Assembly (NCBI GenBank): GCA_001643675.2
Contig: LSRY02000004.1
Location: 2,170,001-2,234,000 of the forward strand
Reading direction: 5' to 3'
From: Monocercomonoides exilis PA203
Taxonomy: Eukaryota; Protista; Preaxostyla
DNA: 64,000 nt
Below the pieces are notes generated by a model that was given only the letters and a program-made list of their open reading frames with translations, was not told the origin of the DNA and made no database searches. This document shows positions 27,401 through 37,927 of the stretch, piece after piece; position 1 is the stretch's first letter, and each line of letters begins with the position of its first letter. Made by a program: the position numbers and the translations under genes.

Positions 27401-27784
27401 AAAAAGGCAATTGCGGAAACAGCATTCAGCTTGAATATCTCTCAAAAGCACAACATGACGCTCACTCCCTCGCACAGAAATCGAATCCAAAAGCACAGTG
27501 GAATTCAGCATTGAGAACAAATAGTGTTTTTGATTGTGCTCGCGCTTTTCACAAAAATTCCATCCAGCTGAACCATGTTCAAGCGATATTGTACATGTTG
27601 GATTATTGCCATCTGCCTTTCCGTGCAATAATTCTTTTTCTTGCAACAAAATTGAATAATGCTTATTTGCGCTTTCAGCAACCACAGAAGCTCCTGCACC
27701 AGATTTTCCTGAAGTTCCTGAATATAAATTGCTTTGCGACTGTAGGAGAGCTGGCAAGAGCAAAAGATACACCAGCAACTTCAT
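15413..27784 (-). CDS. 4123-aa type I membrane protein: signal peptide, tandem parallel beta-helix (Pmp/pectin-lyase-like) modules, TM helix, C-terminal kinase-like (pseudokinase) domain
   Basis: Single ORF. N-terminus MKLLVYLLLLPALLQS; repeated GGA(I/V/L) and FxxN/FxxC motifs; eight (F/H/Y/C)V..xG.D...CG....PC modules; TM FWPIIVIILVIILLIVLAISILVTI followed by RWRK; C-lobe motifs RWKAPELL, VAFSIGMMLWECLTLQIPF, CLSPRWEGRP. Confidence 0.9.
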   Translation of the reverse strand: MKLLVYLLLLPALLQSQSNLYSGTSGKSGAGASVVAESANKHYSILLQEKELLHGKADGNNPTCTISLEHGSAGWNFCEKREHNQKHYLFSMLNSTVLLDSISVRGSERHVVLLRDIQAECCFRNCLFWRNWNSDNFCDSFGGLLRLENISFLCSTPNVACGFVLSNSLAHSSRIHLKRSAMHSFSVNSMNPFLSAGKMESVAVDECHFENITHKPEAMRGTGLVEEREFIGNGIGMIEAESSSFNEVAGADCGCIFDGYHTFHHYLSFNCSFVTSRVQANNTRQVNSSGNVVLRDSLFTVVSEVYDGAAVLITGNATLTIERTTFLSCKSSTYNTGDLGGGAISATGSGFINISNSSFKNNSCASSYGGAMYIYSKSAGDISITDSTFIENEGLHYGAFDIMNQISAIIISSCTFYRNKSNKYYGGSIGFWNNNCNSMSLSNCLFQECSSAMYAGALLVGTLNEHAFQMNISFLYFDQNTCENNIGTDIVIRTSNLTFYVADNFTTCFSTSLEKRIAYCTYPSDWACTAYEPKENWIQTADTSSIHVDPSKEDNIVCGNVGRECKTIGFAITRWLQPELQKVYVSRVNHLETSIAINGQTVETWIKGSGDRPTITSKNLDGWLVTITTGSFTVTDFSIVVDTGVSLESSLFLVSKAEGKLNLVQCEISADSTNRVLEHSQFSLLGGSVNLTLCEIRGFSLQECGLFQKESASLLLFEGGSVCDIARSRGNGTIIGKTLGDGEVLAISNITFRNCTSSAENGGVFGLCLGSGSQLRIGQTSEVGFEECSAPNSENKGKGGALYLLFDQGANDFILKSISFRGCRAWKGKNVFVDGSNLPSLVKASSFAFKPQTGVELADLDELSGYDAGDRSKVIPLVLYLRTFSSPAYVSGSESDADDTFCGYKDYPCRTVEGAAAFRFANSACELSLLPSFAFLKELTLASQSYVFGAASQGQATEVGSSSVKSREMLVSVSVPATFANITFLLSHSIGNRASFISLQSATLSLTSCSIGKTSETESIEYTAVMASGGVLTVASLSVAADQALSFSAPMLLLSGSVVCNLFGANLSSIATTGPQSFVETSSSGLANITNCSFGGFSLAKRGVIHSENCGSLYVGCSSFADVSLSNGNGSCIDFAAGEDVLHCVTVFNCSFQGCSVQNDGQSGGGIFASLKSSCELLINSTSFLSCTAPSEMLSGFGGGISLFVLQTDASFAIDAPSFSDELPNKAKCGNDIFVSSPDLASSVNRESFCFYDEQNPFSTASCVGVDEKWVNAMIPLVCYFRVLGDAVCVSAEGSDVPVCGYVDFGCRTLDFSFARLPGRKKAVTIPSEYAVGESCVLSDAKGYSISGLETKTRLKMEGNETQTTSVMEVRAAVFFSCFFIEMVSSLHSTKSAVFSVADSNGVLEIENCECQPESGVSSISYCLFAAKAGKLAVNGFVMSNVQFSAGAAVVVNESGACEIMSMMFENVTSSANGEIMKYSSTGAMNVNKSHFSSSMASASPMIFDENGAVLCVSNTTFSEIVRSEGQGGAVEGVVGDGCRMVLEGVVFLDCCTEDGCGGGLGLSVSGTGHLEIGKEELNSVFKSCAAKKGNGNGGNGGGISIRFSGEVFDYVICHTIFGAETEKNEAEERGENIFVEGDDLSRIVTQRRFAVECDVSKEKHNEFVGFDRNADKHVPLVSFLSNWTSPVFVNSEEGADYQSCGFSWYPCSSIVYAAENRFASGVAAVCLEPNFSIADKLVLCAMPMVIKGVSKPERVNIAADGRESGDGLVITQNEVAISWLEFCAPCEFLHVQRKSLILCAGSKLVVEGCSMVMQSGNPSYRFLLITSGSVKLAEFNLNSMEFNEAPAIELVGAQASGVFDKLHLESVNTTCESGGVIFVSSASAAQIENSTINSTSLLRQTAICVKGGASLTLKKSNFSEVNRTEGNGGVVVGEVDSEKRIEIKECNFAKVMCYHTGTKGGSMLISVAKRGTFLFEKNCVNESRVPGIDGLGGGLHLTFSDVDLTYSMKSDEFNNNDALLGKDVYLVCQLPRRMINPLLWSGSAKDGSEFEKTMWVLDPSDAEMNMSLLRFLFPSVDDIVFVDDGLGQVEAGCGSSVKPCKELSFGFTQLGTEKNILHITSSAKLEGEIKQNLSSLTIRGESVKSDMIVDGGGCICVSDGDLSTQLTIQNVRFAFATSAESLQDSLIVGKVGSIFLISCDVSKSANAQISNIKQSILCGKGSTITLTSVTFSELVFEADQAICVMQSGSLIISGCTFASICTSKKSLIGGMKGTCIAINNTHISECSSESGSVVHWENALEVEIANTSSFANCSSEKDNGGAVNLIFSKNYRLSIADVSFSNNSADEEAKNGGAIFVQLSQDLDEAIEFSSLHFLGNKAHHGKDMFVACADLNRTVLQSRFQFPLVNEEGELIVDLFGRDEVITNKEAVNLTLFLLQLQSSSIHVSAAGRDYLGCGSDEYPCNTFWRGYTNMDKTGSDQKLLTVDASTVVQDTYDVSSFSIIPGYGSARSSIVVKSDLELCTLDSIFLSAKSLSIQNMLLSIPPSFAPPVQNLLRLNPPSASEAQLAVKGCVFECSSGSCIDYILISSAKGQVELADCTLPSFSSGVVPLDLSSSVLIKGMNFTNIASASSGEGGVARVELTEEESLSINGTTAEGCSCAGNGRGGAFFVKCSESLLPAPFVFGSEIILAGNEAMIGKNVFIASSDLNRTVTKSTFVFLAEKSKMEHTLFCGSDAVHHDTDLLRFLCGYKNNTIFVSSNGFDIARCGSEDDPCESFWKGMAQIERSSPSKVITVDGSTFVRDAFIVSNYTIASYSASPDEVRKAVVEFQNKTINDGEPFLTNAVRLSLERMSLRVAEHFDGSASSIVHSKEGILLVRMCSFESKGLMEDLSKVRFVTVEGGELAVDDLTISSSNFAENIFAVNNMAQLCSFTSLSVSSLNLSDGSIFSLSSSIGQETKQNSNWRCDFRINGSTFSSIARVDDGSGVVFSGINKVDLKVDKTVFSDVKAECSMKGGVVLVSLLSESSFKMSDSTVTRCCCSSNGKGGGVYLAAATAGKLDFLFSRVSFIANTAFVGNDIFIECHNITAQINETQFGFDVEKVTDKAKAIFGIDKTDHTADTNLLDFITIYRADTIIVSSDPSRNGKDDRQCGTQYLPCLSIDYGLLHLSNNFVSQMFVDKASYLGGEAKMVEMGLASRTKAQCVIEVHSNILQHELALISTAGSVSLSYLRFVFGEEFVSFHSAFLCPETGVLELSCCAFTSESDGSAQAVPFCLISANGCKCTAYEVSVSFLAFASPMFRVASSGNMKITSSSFSESSFEGSLAECGEDSVVQIVSSSFTSINVSGRHPMLSFNAANEVDIDNCSFVSCLLSTQRGSIVSLSLCTNATIDKCLFDGWKGNNKSDEKRNTQQEEICRWNGSLVDFAGTRAAMKDTAVVNSSEGGMSICGGEVSVEKGEYYGNSKAIDGFPSARRNIICEGKGQLAMESLKGGDGLLPNTSLWILNEGCELSGMASERASELFIPALERVETEEKGGRTELTFRGNLLLPCNLSFQITSTIEEVSSIEVYLLEEDEFVCENEARSSITSGIISSAEERAEVAVCILFGNPEKKGRTESFVVKNKTEKKKDENGNNEIVKSETKEEKSFWPIIVIILVIILLIVLAISILVTIRWRKQKRRTEELEVIVEDTVKKDPKAFEMVTMEMSPEEQWRRDEREAEKKNEERIKKRVYEKSLGHSESSEHLLSESGSTEYILGRDSDNIPQWMLEKVDDEEEETRKRTPSPSISSTSTTSTTDSDSTFVRGEDLCPTTSSMSNLVDAMTCSSPHEKLILDFRDSFFMLMHGRNKTKEMPIGNLEERELTGAQVLFWVANLALHSFDEMSNPLSSLENLSPHIVLFSEHMDIAVALRSECSSSDDSDSSSISSLTIVSSSSSNVSVMSERFTDSPPPSSAFEDEADNRDECKRWKAPELLMNRNMCATKQSVAFSIGMMLWECLTLQIPFGEYEAVIAGDKIVKGERPRLDVVENTTYGNLIGVCLSPRWEGRPMLSELKKEFFVHFPAEAKILTVSDAIDLEEADGRNEHSGGEESIIIDDGDNGNDVGNGDEGEGEEEDRKTTKQLLLR

Positions 27785-29005
27785 GCTGCAGCAAAAATCA
27801 GTTTGGATGTGATCTTTTCCTTTTATTTCTTATGGAGCATGATCGCAATTGGTTTTATTTTTTTGGTGTTTTGTTTCATCCAAGCATGTGATTGCATCAA
27901 CGCATGTTTGCCATTGTTTGTGATTTTTCATAAAGCATTTTGAATGAAACATGCATTTTTTTCACAGCGATGAGTGAGTGGTTCATCTGTTTTTGATGAT
28001 TTTTGTGAGTCAGAAGAGCTGAAACCATGCAATGTTTTTATCAAGAATTTTTGCAGACTATCATTTATTGTATATAAGTGGATGCGCTTTTTCTTTCGCA
28101 GATGTGCATGGTTGAGACGGAGAAAGTGAAGATATAAAACAGCAGCAACAATTGCTTCTCAATTGCTGTTCAGGTCATACTGAGTGCATGTGAAAGTTTT
28201 AGAATTGATGCAGTCCGATTTTCACGAACCAAAGAGTCACAGGCTGCTATTCTTGGGCCTGGTGGAAAGGTTATGGAAGAAGAGACATTGTTGATTATGT
28301 GGACGAACATGAACAACAATGGAGTGTGAATGGTGCAGAAAGTTGATTTGCATAAAAATTAGCTCGTTGCGAATTGCAGACAAAGGTGTGATTTTGATGG
28401 CATTGGTGATTCATGTCAATTTATTTATTTGTTTGTTTTATTGATTCAGATGAAATCTGTTTGTCTTTGCCAATAGTTTGGAATTGTCAGTGCTGGCAAA
28501 TTTATGTGCGATGCAATCCAACCGAGAAAGTAGATATATTTGCTTTTCGATGCTCTGGTCATTGGATGATGCTATCCGTGTTAAGTCGCCATGAATTGTT
28601 TTTTCTCCAACTCCTTGTGCTTTTTGAACAAACGGGAAAAGAAAAGGTTCGATTTTTGTTTTTGTTTTTGATTTTTTTGCAAGTTTCAAGAATAATTTGA
28701 AAAATTGAAAATAATGAAAATGAAGAAAACAAAAGATAATCAACAGATTTTCCTAAAAGCCCGCCTCCTTTTCAGAAGCCACACAAACACAAAACAAAAC
28801 GGAAACATTCACCAACAGAAACTGCACCAAACCCACAATCAAAAGTGAAAAAAAGACAATTACAGAACAAGATTACAGAATAAAAAAGACAGAGAATAAT
28901 TATTTGAAATAAACATTCGAATCCGGATAAAGACGCCTCTGCAACAAGCTTTGCTTCTTTAATTATAATTTTTTTTTCCAAAAAAAGCAAACGAAGCAAG
29001 CATCC

Positions 29006-30525
29006 TCAAAGCAATGCCAGCATCGAAGCTCGCAATTCAGAATTCCATCCGATTGCTAAGTTGCACATCCCAGCAGCCAACACCAGCACATCGTCAAACC
29101 CTTCTTCTTCCAAACACTTTTTGAGCAATGCCGCACGCTCCTTCCGCTGCCCCTTCGAGCTCTCGGCCATTTCATTCAGATAATGTGCCATTTCCCCAGC
29201 TCTGGATTTGAGATGTTCTGCGTTGTGCCGAAGCAGCTTTGCAATGTTGTTTGCAACGAGTCTGATCCCTTCTTTCCCAAAAGACGCAAGAAGACCGAAT
29301 CGCCTTCTGTTCAGCAAAGACAACACAAAGCTCTCGAGCCCCTCTTCTGCTTCTTCGAAATCGCCCCAGCAATCCAGTTCTTTCACACAAACCAGCTTTC
29401 GCTTCAACGCTTCGCTCAGAAGGCAGGCAAAGCGGTCTGATTGCGCCACTCTGCCATCTCTGAAGTCCACCCCGTTTTCAATAACATGCACAAACACCCA
29501 TTTCACCCCAAACAGACTCAGCTCCTTTGCCAGCGCATTTCCGCTTCCTTCCTCTTCTGCCTCGCTCACATCCTCCATCGAGCGCACAAGCGCCTCCAAG
29601 CACAGCCAACCCTGGCTCAGCTTCATTTCCTCTGCAATCACATAGTCTTCCTTCGAAACCCCCAAAAAGAAGGGAATGACACTCAAATAAAGCATACAAG
29701 CAAGCGCCATCCCCGGCAGCCGTATCTTCTTTCTTTTGTGCCTTTCCAGCACCAGCTCGAATGTCTCTTTCAGAATGTACTTCAGGCAGCCAAAATCTGT
29801 TCAAGCAGCATCACAACCCAAACAAAAGAATTGGGAAAGAAACGAATGAGTGGAAGGCGAACGAAAGCAAATGCACAAACAAAACATCCTCATGACTTCA
29901 CTCCCAATCCCAATCCAAATCCCAAAAGACTCACCCCTTTGCCAAAAAGAAAATCACAGATTGCATCTCATGCTTCACAGCAAAGTCCTCTCAAAACGAA
30001 GAGCAAAAAACAAGGAGGGGAAGCAAACAGCAAGGAAAACAGAAAGGGTTGCTGCAAACTGGTTGATGATGTGAGGAACAGAAGCCCAAGAGACGCCAGG
30101 CTCACACGAAGTTTCCAGCGCAGCACGCTTGTGGGCAGCCCAAGCACGCCACACAGCAGCCTCCCAAACATCAGCGTGCTCTTTTCGCTGAAGAGCCAGT
30201 CTGCGTCGGCGCAGCACACTCCCACCGTCACAAGCTCGACAAGCTCAGGATCCATCAGCGTGTGAGGTATTTTTGCTGCATCCATCAGCTCTCTCTGGAA
30301 CAGCCGGTCAGAAACACAATTGCGCATCTTTTGCACAGAGCTGTACGACAGCCCCTTGCGGATGGAGAACAGCGCAAACACACGCAAAATCTCCCTCCCG
30401 GCCTTGTCGCATGAGCGGTTTATCCCGAACTCTTTTTTCAGCTGCTCCAATTGCTCGCAAAACGAATCTCCCAGCAGGCACTCACGCGACGCGCTCTGCA
30501 CAGCTTCAAGCATATCTTGTGTCTC
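29006..30525 (-). CDS. Hypothetical helical protein (multi-exon; 5' end uncertain)
   Basis: The coding-like ORFs 29968..30513 and 29006..29752 join in frame through a GT-AG intron at ~29797-30060. No family recognised. Confidence 0.55.
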
Positions 30526-30889
30526 TGAAAGAATCGTTCGTTTTCCAAAACCAATGCTTCAAAGCTTCATTAAATTTTTATTGATAAAAAATATTCACGC
30601 TTGAGCATCTCCTCCTAAGATTTGATGTGGTCGGTCTTTTCTTTGGGCAGTTCATTTTAAGCGTTAACTGTTGCGAATTTGGACTCACACTATTTTGTTT
30701 AACGCTTTTTATATCCATGAAATTTAATTATGGCACTTCTGTATTTCAAAATAAAGTTTTTTCAGTCATTTCTTTTTATTGAGATTTTGAAAAATTAAAA
30801 AAAATGAAAATTGGACTTACAATTTGATATGACTTTCAGAGAACACGTTTTTTTAGATTTTCTTTTATAAAATGATTCAGAATGACAAA

Positions 30890-31070
30890 AAAATAAAAAA
30901 ATAAATAATAAATAATAAATAATAAATAATAAATAATAAAAAAATAAAAAATTAAATAAAATAAAATAAAATAAAATAAAATAAAAAATAAAAAACTAAA
31001 ATTAAATAAATAAATAAATAAATAAAGGAGAGAGAGTGTGTGAGCGAGAGTGAGGGAGAGAGAGAGAGAG
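30890..31070. repeat. (AAAT/AAATAAT)n and (GA)n simple repeats
   Basis: Directly visible low-complexity tandem tracts. Confidence 0.85.
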
Positions 31071-31584
31071 AATATGCAAAATGTTTCGTCAAGTTGTTTT
31101 CCACGTATGATTTCAATGAATTAGACAGACTTCAGCGAGTTGACTTCATTCACTGAAGTCTCAAAATTCCAAAATTGATTCTCATTTCTCAAAAATATTA
31201 ATAAGACTTTATTTGAATAAAACATTCTATTTTTTGAATTTAAGAAATAATTGTTAATGATTGTTCTTAATTTTTTGTTTATCTTTGAAGAGGAAATTTC
31301 TTTTAAATTTTCTCCAATTTACAGATTTTTTTTTGTCAAGTCCTTCAGAAACGTATAATTCTCAGTCAAAAATTAGTAAATCGCATATGTTTAAATTGCT
31401 CATTTGAAGTTTTTTCTTTTCCTTTTTTCTTTTTTGAAAAAATCTTTTCATTCAAAAATTGTTTTCCGGAAATAATTTTTTAAAATTCTATTTTTAAGCA
31501 GTTCAAATTGAAGACCTAGATTAAATATAACAATGATAAAATTATCAATGCCAAAAATGAGTTTTGAAGAAAAAAGATACATTA

Positions 31585-32491
31585 CTATTTTTTCTTTTTT
31601 TTCTTTCCTGTAATTCTCTCAACATCGGATTTGTGAATAGATTCTAATTCAATCATTAACTTTAAATATAACCATTGAAATATTAAAAACAAAATTGAAT
31701 AGAAAAAAAAAACCTCAGATATCTGGGAATCAATTATAGGCTCCATTTCTTTTCCCTTTCCAAGTTTTCTCATATCTTCCAAAAACTCACGACGCTCTTT
31801 TATTTCATTCAACACTGAATCGTTACCGTTTGAAAATTATTTTGTGAATCATTAAATTATAATTCAAAGAAACTACAAAATCGCATGACATTCACACCTT
31901 CCTCAAATCTCGATTCATATTGAGGAGCTTCTTCTTTTGGATTATCTTTTTTAACAAATGATGTGTGCCCTATAAGAGGAACTTGGCCAGATTTTTTTTC
32001 CATTGCAGTTGCTAATCTTCGACTTTCTTCGTCTCTGTCAGGTCCTTATAAAAATGTGTTTCAAACAAATATTTTAAAAGAATAAATGCACGGACGCACC
32101 AATCCCAGACAAAGGTTGTTCAGGCTTGTAATTATCGGTCGCTTTCAATATTGCCTCCCTGCTTCGTTTTGGCTGAAAGTGAGGAAGAGGAGTATAATGA
32201 ACTTCTCTAGGAGGAGGAGGAATATATCGTGTTGTGGGAGGAACATCAGTTGGTAGTGAACCACTCTCTTTATTTACATTCGCAACATTCAATTAATATT
32301 ATTATCAATAATTTAAAAGAAACCTCTCATTTCTTTCATTAATGTTTTCTTTTGAAATTCTGTCAGTCCAGATTTTCGAATAAGAGAATCAACAAGTGTT
32401 TTGGTCTTTCAAATGTTTTATGCAACCAATAACATGAAAATTCACATATATCTTTTAAATATCACACATCTGATGATAAAGGACGAGACAT
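31585..32491 (-). CDS. UPF0193 / EVG1 (C22orf23)-like protein, multi-exon
   Basis: Exons translate to TKTLVDSLIRKSGLTEFQKK and LNEIKERREFLEDMRKLGKGKEMEPIIDSQISE, resembling the conserved N- and C-terminal UPF0193 blocks. ATG at 32491, TAG at 31585. Confidence 0.72.
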
Positions 32492-32801
32492 TTCAATTTA
32501 CAATATCAAAAGAACTATTTGATAATAATTTCAATTCTATTATTTTGCTTTTAAAAAAAACCAAAGCTTTCCACTAAAAATCAAAATAGTTCTTCAAATA
32601 TATTTTGATATGGGTCAAGCTTTTTCAAATATTTGAGCTTCTCAAAAGAAAATTTCCTTTTTTTTCCAACAAATATTTTGTGCATCAAATCTACGATAAC
32701 ATTCGACTTTGTTAACCGTAATAGTATTATTTAAATTCATTTAAATTATCTTTTAAACTTTTGAAAGCTTCAAAGCTGATTTGTTTTCAAATTTTAAAAA
32801 G

Positions 32802-35800
32802 ATGTCACAAATAACTTTAGAAGCTTTTCAGCAGCATCTTAAGAATATTTATTCAAGTGAAGAAAAAGATAGAGTTGGATCTTTACAATTTCTTTTGAAG
32901 CTTTGTGAGCAATCACCTGATATATATATGCAAATGCTAACCCAAGTTTTAAAATCAACTTTAGATCCGTCTGTATGCGAAGTCTTTGTTTTTTATCGTA
33001 TTTGTAAACATTTTGCATTAAAAATGAAGCTTTTATCTTTTGCTGCTGTGCATTTAGGAAGAAAAATTTCAGTTGATGATCCTAATAATTCAATATTGAG
33101 GAAAGTGAATGGAGATACTTTGATTTTCATTGAGAAAGAATTAACTTCAATATTTTTAAATCCTCCAGCTGATAATTCTTTTTTTGTGCAGATTGTCGAT
33201 GCCTTTGGAGATTTTCTCGCAATGATGTGTGATGGTACGTATTATAAAACGCAGTAATTTCATTATCTATTTGATTTAATAATCTATTTATTCAACTTTA
33301 TTCATGTTTGTAAATGTTTTTTCAAAAGATCAATCCAGAAGATATGGCATAATGCAATCAATTGGTAGTTGGGCCGAAAATCAAAATGAAAAAATTCGTG
33401 AAGGTGCCATTCTTCTCTTGGCAAATGTTGCAGAAAAACAACATGATTATTTCTCAACACTTGTTGGCCCTCTTTCTCAAATTTTGATGAAAGCGTTGAA
33501 TGATCAAAGTAGCATAAAAGTTAAGCATGCAGCAATTATTTCAACTGCTTCTATTCTTTCGGCAATGGAAAAAACAGAAGAAGTTGTTTCTCAATTTCAA
33601 AATTTAGCTCCTTCAATGATACAGGCGTGCAATTCTTTATTGAACAAATTTATATTTTATTTTAATTAATTTTTTTTGCGTGTGTGTTTTTCTTTTCTTT
33701 TCATTTTTTCATTTCTTTTTTTTTTTTTTTTTTCATATGCTCGTTTGCATACACGTGCCATTAAACTACAATTCATTTTGATTATTTCACATATTTCAGA
33801 TTTTGATGGTAACACTTTCGAGTGGAGATTATGAAAGATCAATTGAGATCATAAAGCACATGATAGACATTATTGATAGGAGGCCTTCATTTTTTGCAAA
33901 GAATATAGCAGACTATGTAACAGGAATGGAGCATATTGCAACTGTGTGTGAGACTGCAATTCACGCATCGGACTGCGCAGAGGCTCTTCAAAAGTCAGCA
34001 GGAAAAATACAGCTTGGGTATGCTCAATAGAGAAAAACTTCCATTTAATAATATCTTTCCTCTGAATATGAAAGAGCGTCGAGAGAAGTCAGATAAATAC
34101 TTTCCATTTTTTGAATTGATCTGTTTATTTCACAATTTTTCAATGTCCTGCATGTTTTTATCTTATGAGTAACTTTTTCTTTTCTTTCATTTATTTGGAC
34201 ACACGATGCTTTTCCCCCTCTTTCTATTAGAACGTTTGAGTCGATTGACTGGATATTTCCTCCACTCCCTTCAGGTGCTTCTCCGCCTACACTCCTTCCA
34301 GCTTCGTCTCGTGATTACATGCTCCAATTGCGAAATATCGCACTTGAGTTTGTGATTGTGCTCTGCAGCTCTCTGAAAAAGCAGTTTAAAAAGTGGGAAG
34401 AGTTCGGATCTTCTTTCACTCAAATATGCTTGACAATGATGTATCACTTTAAGGAAGATCCAAAATGGGCAGTTAATGATGATGTATGCTGAGAATACTG
34501 TCATGCCTTTTGCTATTACTTTTTTTTATAAGTCACTTAATGAAATAACATGAATAATTTATGTTTTAACGTTCAATTGAAATACTTTTCTTTCTCTTCT
34601 CTTCTTTTTCTTTTAAAAAAGACTTTTTTTTATTTAATTTTATTTTATTTTATTTTTTATTTTTTATTTTTTATTTTTATTTTTTTTGGATTTTCAAATC
34701 TACTTTTGTTTTTGTATTTGGTGCTAACTTTGAAATTGCTTGATTATTTATGTGCTTTTGCTGCTTCTGAAATAGTATGACGATCCAGATGAAACAATTG
34801 AAAGAGTGGTTGCATTTCTTGATTCAGTCTCCAAATCGCTTGGTTCGTATTTATCGATTAATAATAGCAATGCATTCATTATTTTGCTCATTCATATCAA
34901 AAATGTTAATTTCGTTTTTCTTATTTTTTTGATTATCTTCAATTTCCAGGTGGAAAATATGTTATGAAGACGATGATGCCAAAGATCCAAGAAGCAGCAG
35001 CATCTCCTTGCTCCCGAATGCGTGTGATTGGCTTGCTAGCCCTCACGGCTGTTGTCGAAGGAGCTAGCAATGTATTCCGAACCGTGCACTACGAAAGTCT
35101 ATTGGAGATGGTGATGAAAAGCTTACAAACAGACATGCCTGCTCTTCCAGCGGAATCGTCAACAGACATTGGATTAGCAGGGAATCCACATTCTCTTGAC
35201 CATCTTGTGCTTCCACGCGATGTCTCAACAACAACCACGTCTTCCTCTCCGCGTGTGCTGTCATCGGCCATCCATCTTCTTGCCGCACTGATTCGTGACA
35301 TTGGGCGAGATTTCACCATGAAAAAGAACTTCCTTCATCGATCAGTCGAATTTCTTTCTTCAATTCTCACTTCTCCACAACTGGCTGCTGCTAAGACTAT
35401 TCGTGCATTGGCTTTAAGATGCTTCATCGACATTGCAGAGAATTCTGAGACAGTTAAATTGGCACCAGAACTGGGAAAGATCCTTGAGACGCTTACGAGA
35501 GAAATCAGATCTCCAGAAAGTGACGAGCGTGTGATTGCCATTCAGGCGATGGTCGCGACAATTGACTCTGCCGAGACTGCAATCATCCCGTTCTTTCAAG
35601 TTTTGGGGCAGCCCCTCTTCCAAGTGGTGGATGTGGAGAAGGTGGACACCAACGAAGACCGAAAATTCCAGGCACATGCTATCGAGGCTCTGGCATCGCT
35701 GCTGAACACAATGGGGAAAGAGCGCGCTGGCTCCCACATCATTGCCTTCACTGAGGTTATCTTCAAGATCTTCCGTATTGCTGTTCAGAGCTCTGCGGTA

Positions 35801-37927
35801 ACAGGAGCGCAAACTGCAGTTTCTGCCTCTTCGTCTACAGTGCCATCGAACTCAACTGCTCCTGTTGCAGTTGTGCACAATGCGGCAGACGACTCCCGAC
35901 TTGTATCAATTCGATCGGTGTGGCCCACTTTGGCATCGCTGCTGGGGGGACGATTTGCCCATCTTTTGAACAGCACCGTGCCTATTTTGTTGGACTCAGC
36001 CAAAAAGGACTTTACTGAAACTGAATCTGCAATTGAGGCAAGTGCTGCGAGAGCAACCGCTGCGACATTTTCTGGTGGAGATGCATTCGACAACGAGACC
36101 ATCAACCTTAACCAGCAGCGTCAAGTGGCGCAAAATGCGCTGAATGAAAGAGAGCGAGCAATGGAGACTCTTTCATCAATCATTGTTGCTGTGGGGCCGT
36201 ATTATGCGCCCTTCATTCCGCAGACGTTGGAAATGGCTTTCAAAATACTTGGGTTCGAAGCATCGGATCAGATGACAGCAGCTGCAGCGGATTCGGCTGC
36301 TGAGATTGTGGCAAGTTGCATCGCTGCTCTGTCGCCTCAAAACAGCAAATCGGAGTTGCATCCCGACAAGTTGGCACCAATGCTTGCCTCAGCTGCACAG
36401 CCTGGAGAGAAATTACCTCTTCCACCTTTGCCTGACATTTCAGTGAACTACCATCCTGTGATTATTTTCTGCAGATTGTTTGCTGTTGTTATGCCTTTGA
36501 TAACATCCACTAACGACACAATCCCGCAAATAATTCGAAAAGGATTGGCAGACTCCCTCATGAATTCGCTTGATTATATTGGACCTCTTCTCAACCCTGC
36601 TTCTTCAAGCTATGCAACTCGCAAATCTCCATTTATTCTATCGACAACGTCTGCTGCAATTGCACAGCCACTCCCAGGAATGACTCTCTCGTTTGACACT
36701 TCGATTCCCGCAGGAAGTAATCCATTTCATTTGGGCATTGTGACACAGCAGTGCTTGCTGTTCTTGCAAGCAACACTGGAAAGGAAGGCGAAGATGAGAA
36801 AGTATGTCATAAGGGATGGCGAAGTCGAGATGGGAGCCAACGACGAGAAAGAACTGGATGAATATTCGAGAGAATGTGAAATGCTGAATAATGCTGTTAC
36901 ATTGTTCTCAAATCTCATGGAATGCTTTGGAGAAGGATTCTTCCCTGGATATGTTACCATCGAGCCTGTTATCTACCAGCTCATCAACTTGCCTGAACTT
37001 CCACCCCCGAAGAATCCGCGCTTTGTCCCTGTTCCTGGAGACGATCCTTCGACATTCTCTTCTCCAGCTGCAGCGAAAGAGATTATCATAAATGAATCAG
37101 ACAGAACAGCCGGGCTTTATTTGATGGCAAAATGCATTGCTCTTTTGGGAGCATCAGGAGCTGCACGTACACCGAGCTATATGCCACACTTTTTGCGGTT
37201 TGCTACTGTCACAGAAGAGGTCGTTGTGAAGGAGCACTCGACAAGACAGAATGCTGTTGCAGGCATTTTGGCAGGCGCAAAATATGGTGGTGCATCATTT
37301 TCTCCATTTGCAGCTGAGTCGCTGAAGAAAGTGGTGGATGTGGTGAACATGAAGATTGTGGACGAAGATGAGGATGAAGATGCAGACAGCGGGACATTAG
37401 CCGAGCGTGAGGTTGATTTGGAGAATGACGATCCACCTGTTCCTTATTTGGCACGCGACACTGCTGTTTCGTGCCTGGCTGTGATTGCACAGTACCAGAA
37501 GCAGAACCTGCCAAGAGGCGAGGTCGATGCGAAAGAATGCCTCAGAATGTGGTTTGACTCGCTGCCGCTGGTGCATGATGACGAAGAGGCTGTGTTCTGC
37601 CACGACTTGCTCTGCAACTTGATTGAAACAAACGATCCAATCGTGTTTGGCGGTGCACCTGACGTGGCTGAGCGCTGCAGGCAGAGCATTGCTGCTGGTC
37701 AGCTTATTCCGTCGACTGACTCAGCTGCAACAGGCGCAATGATTAAACTGGTGAAAATATTGATGCAAATTACAATGACAAAGTTTGTTTCTCCAACGAC
37801 AGATACAAAATTCCAGATGATGCTTAAGAAAATTAGAAGTTGTTTATCAACTGATATTTTAGCTGGCTTATGGCAATCGCTTCCTGAAAAAAGGCAAAGC
37901 AAACTTTTCTCTCTTTTTAATAGTTAA
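32802..37927 (+). CDS. Karyopherin-beta HEAT-repeat protein, importin-5 (RanBP5/Pse1)- or importin-4-like, multi-exon
   Basis: HEAT-like helical exons from 32802, and a 987-aa terminal exon with RQNAVAGI, ARDTAVSCLA and WFDSLPLVHDDEEAVFCHDLLCNLIE, typical of the IPO4/IPO5 C-terminus. Confidence 0.8.

Noticed and set aside
29903-29926. CCCAAT-like short repeat resembling a telomeric seed
   Set aside because: Only ~4 degenerate units, not CCCTAA, and inside a predicted intron
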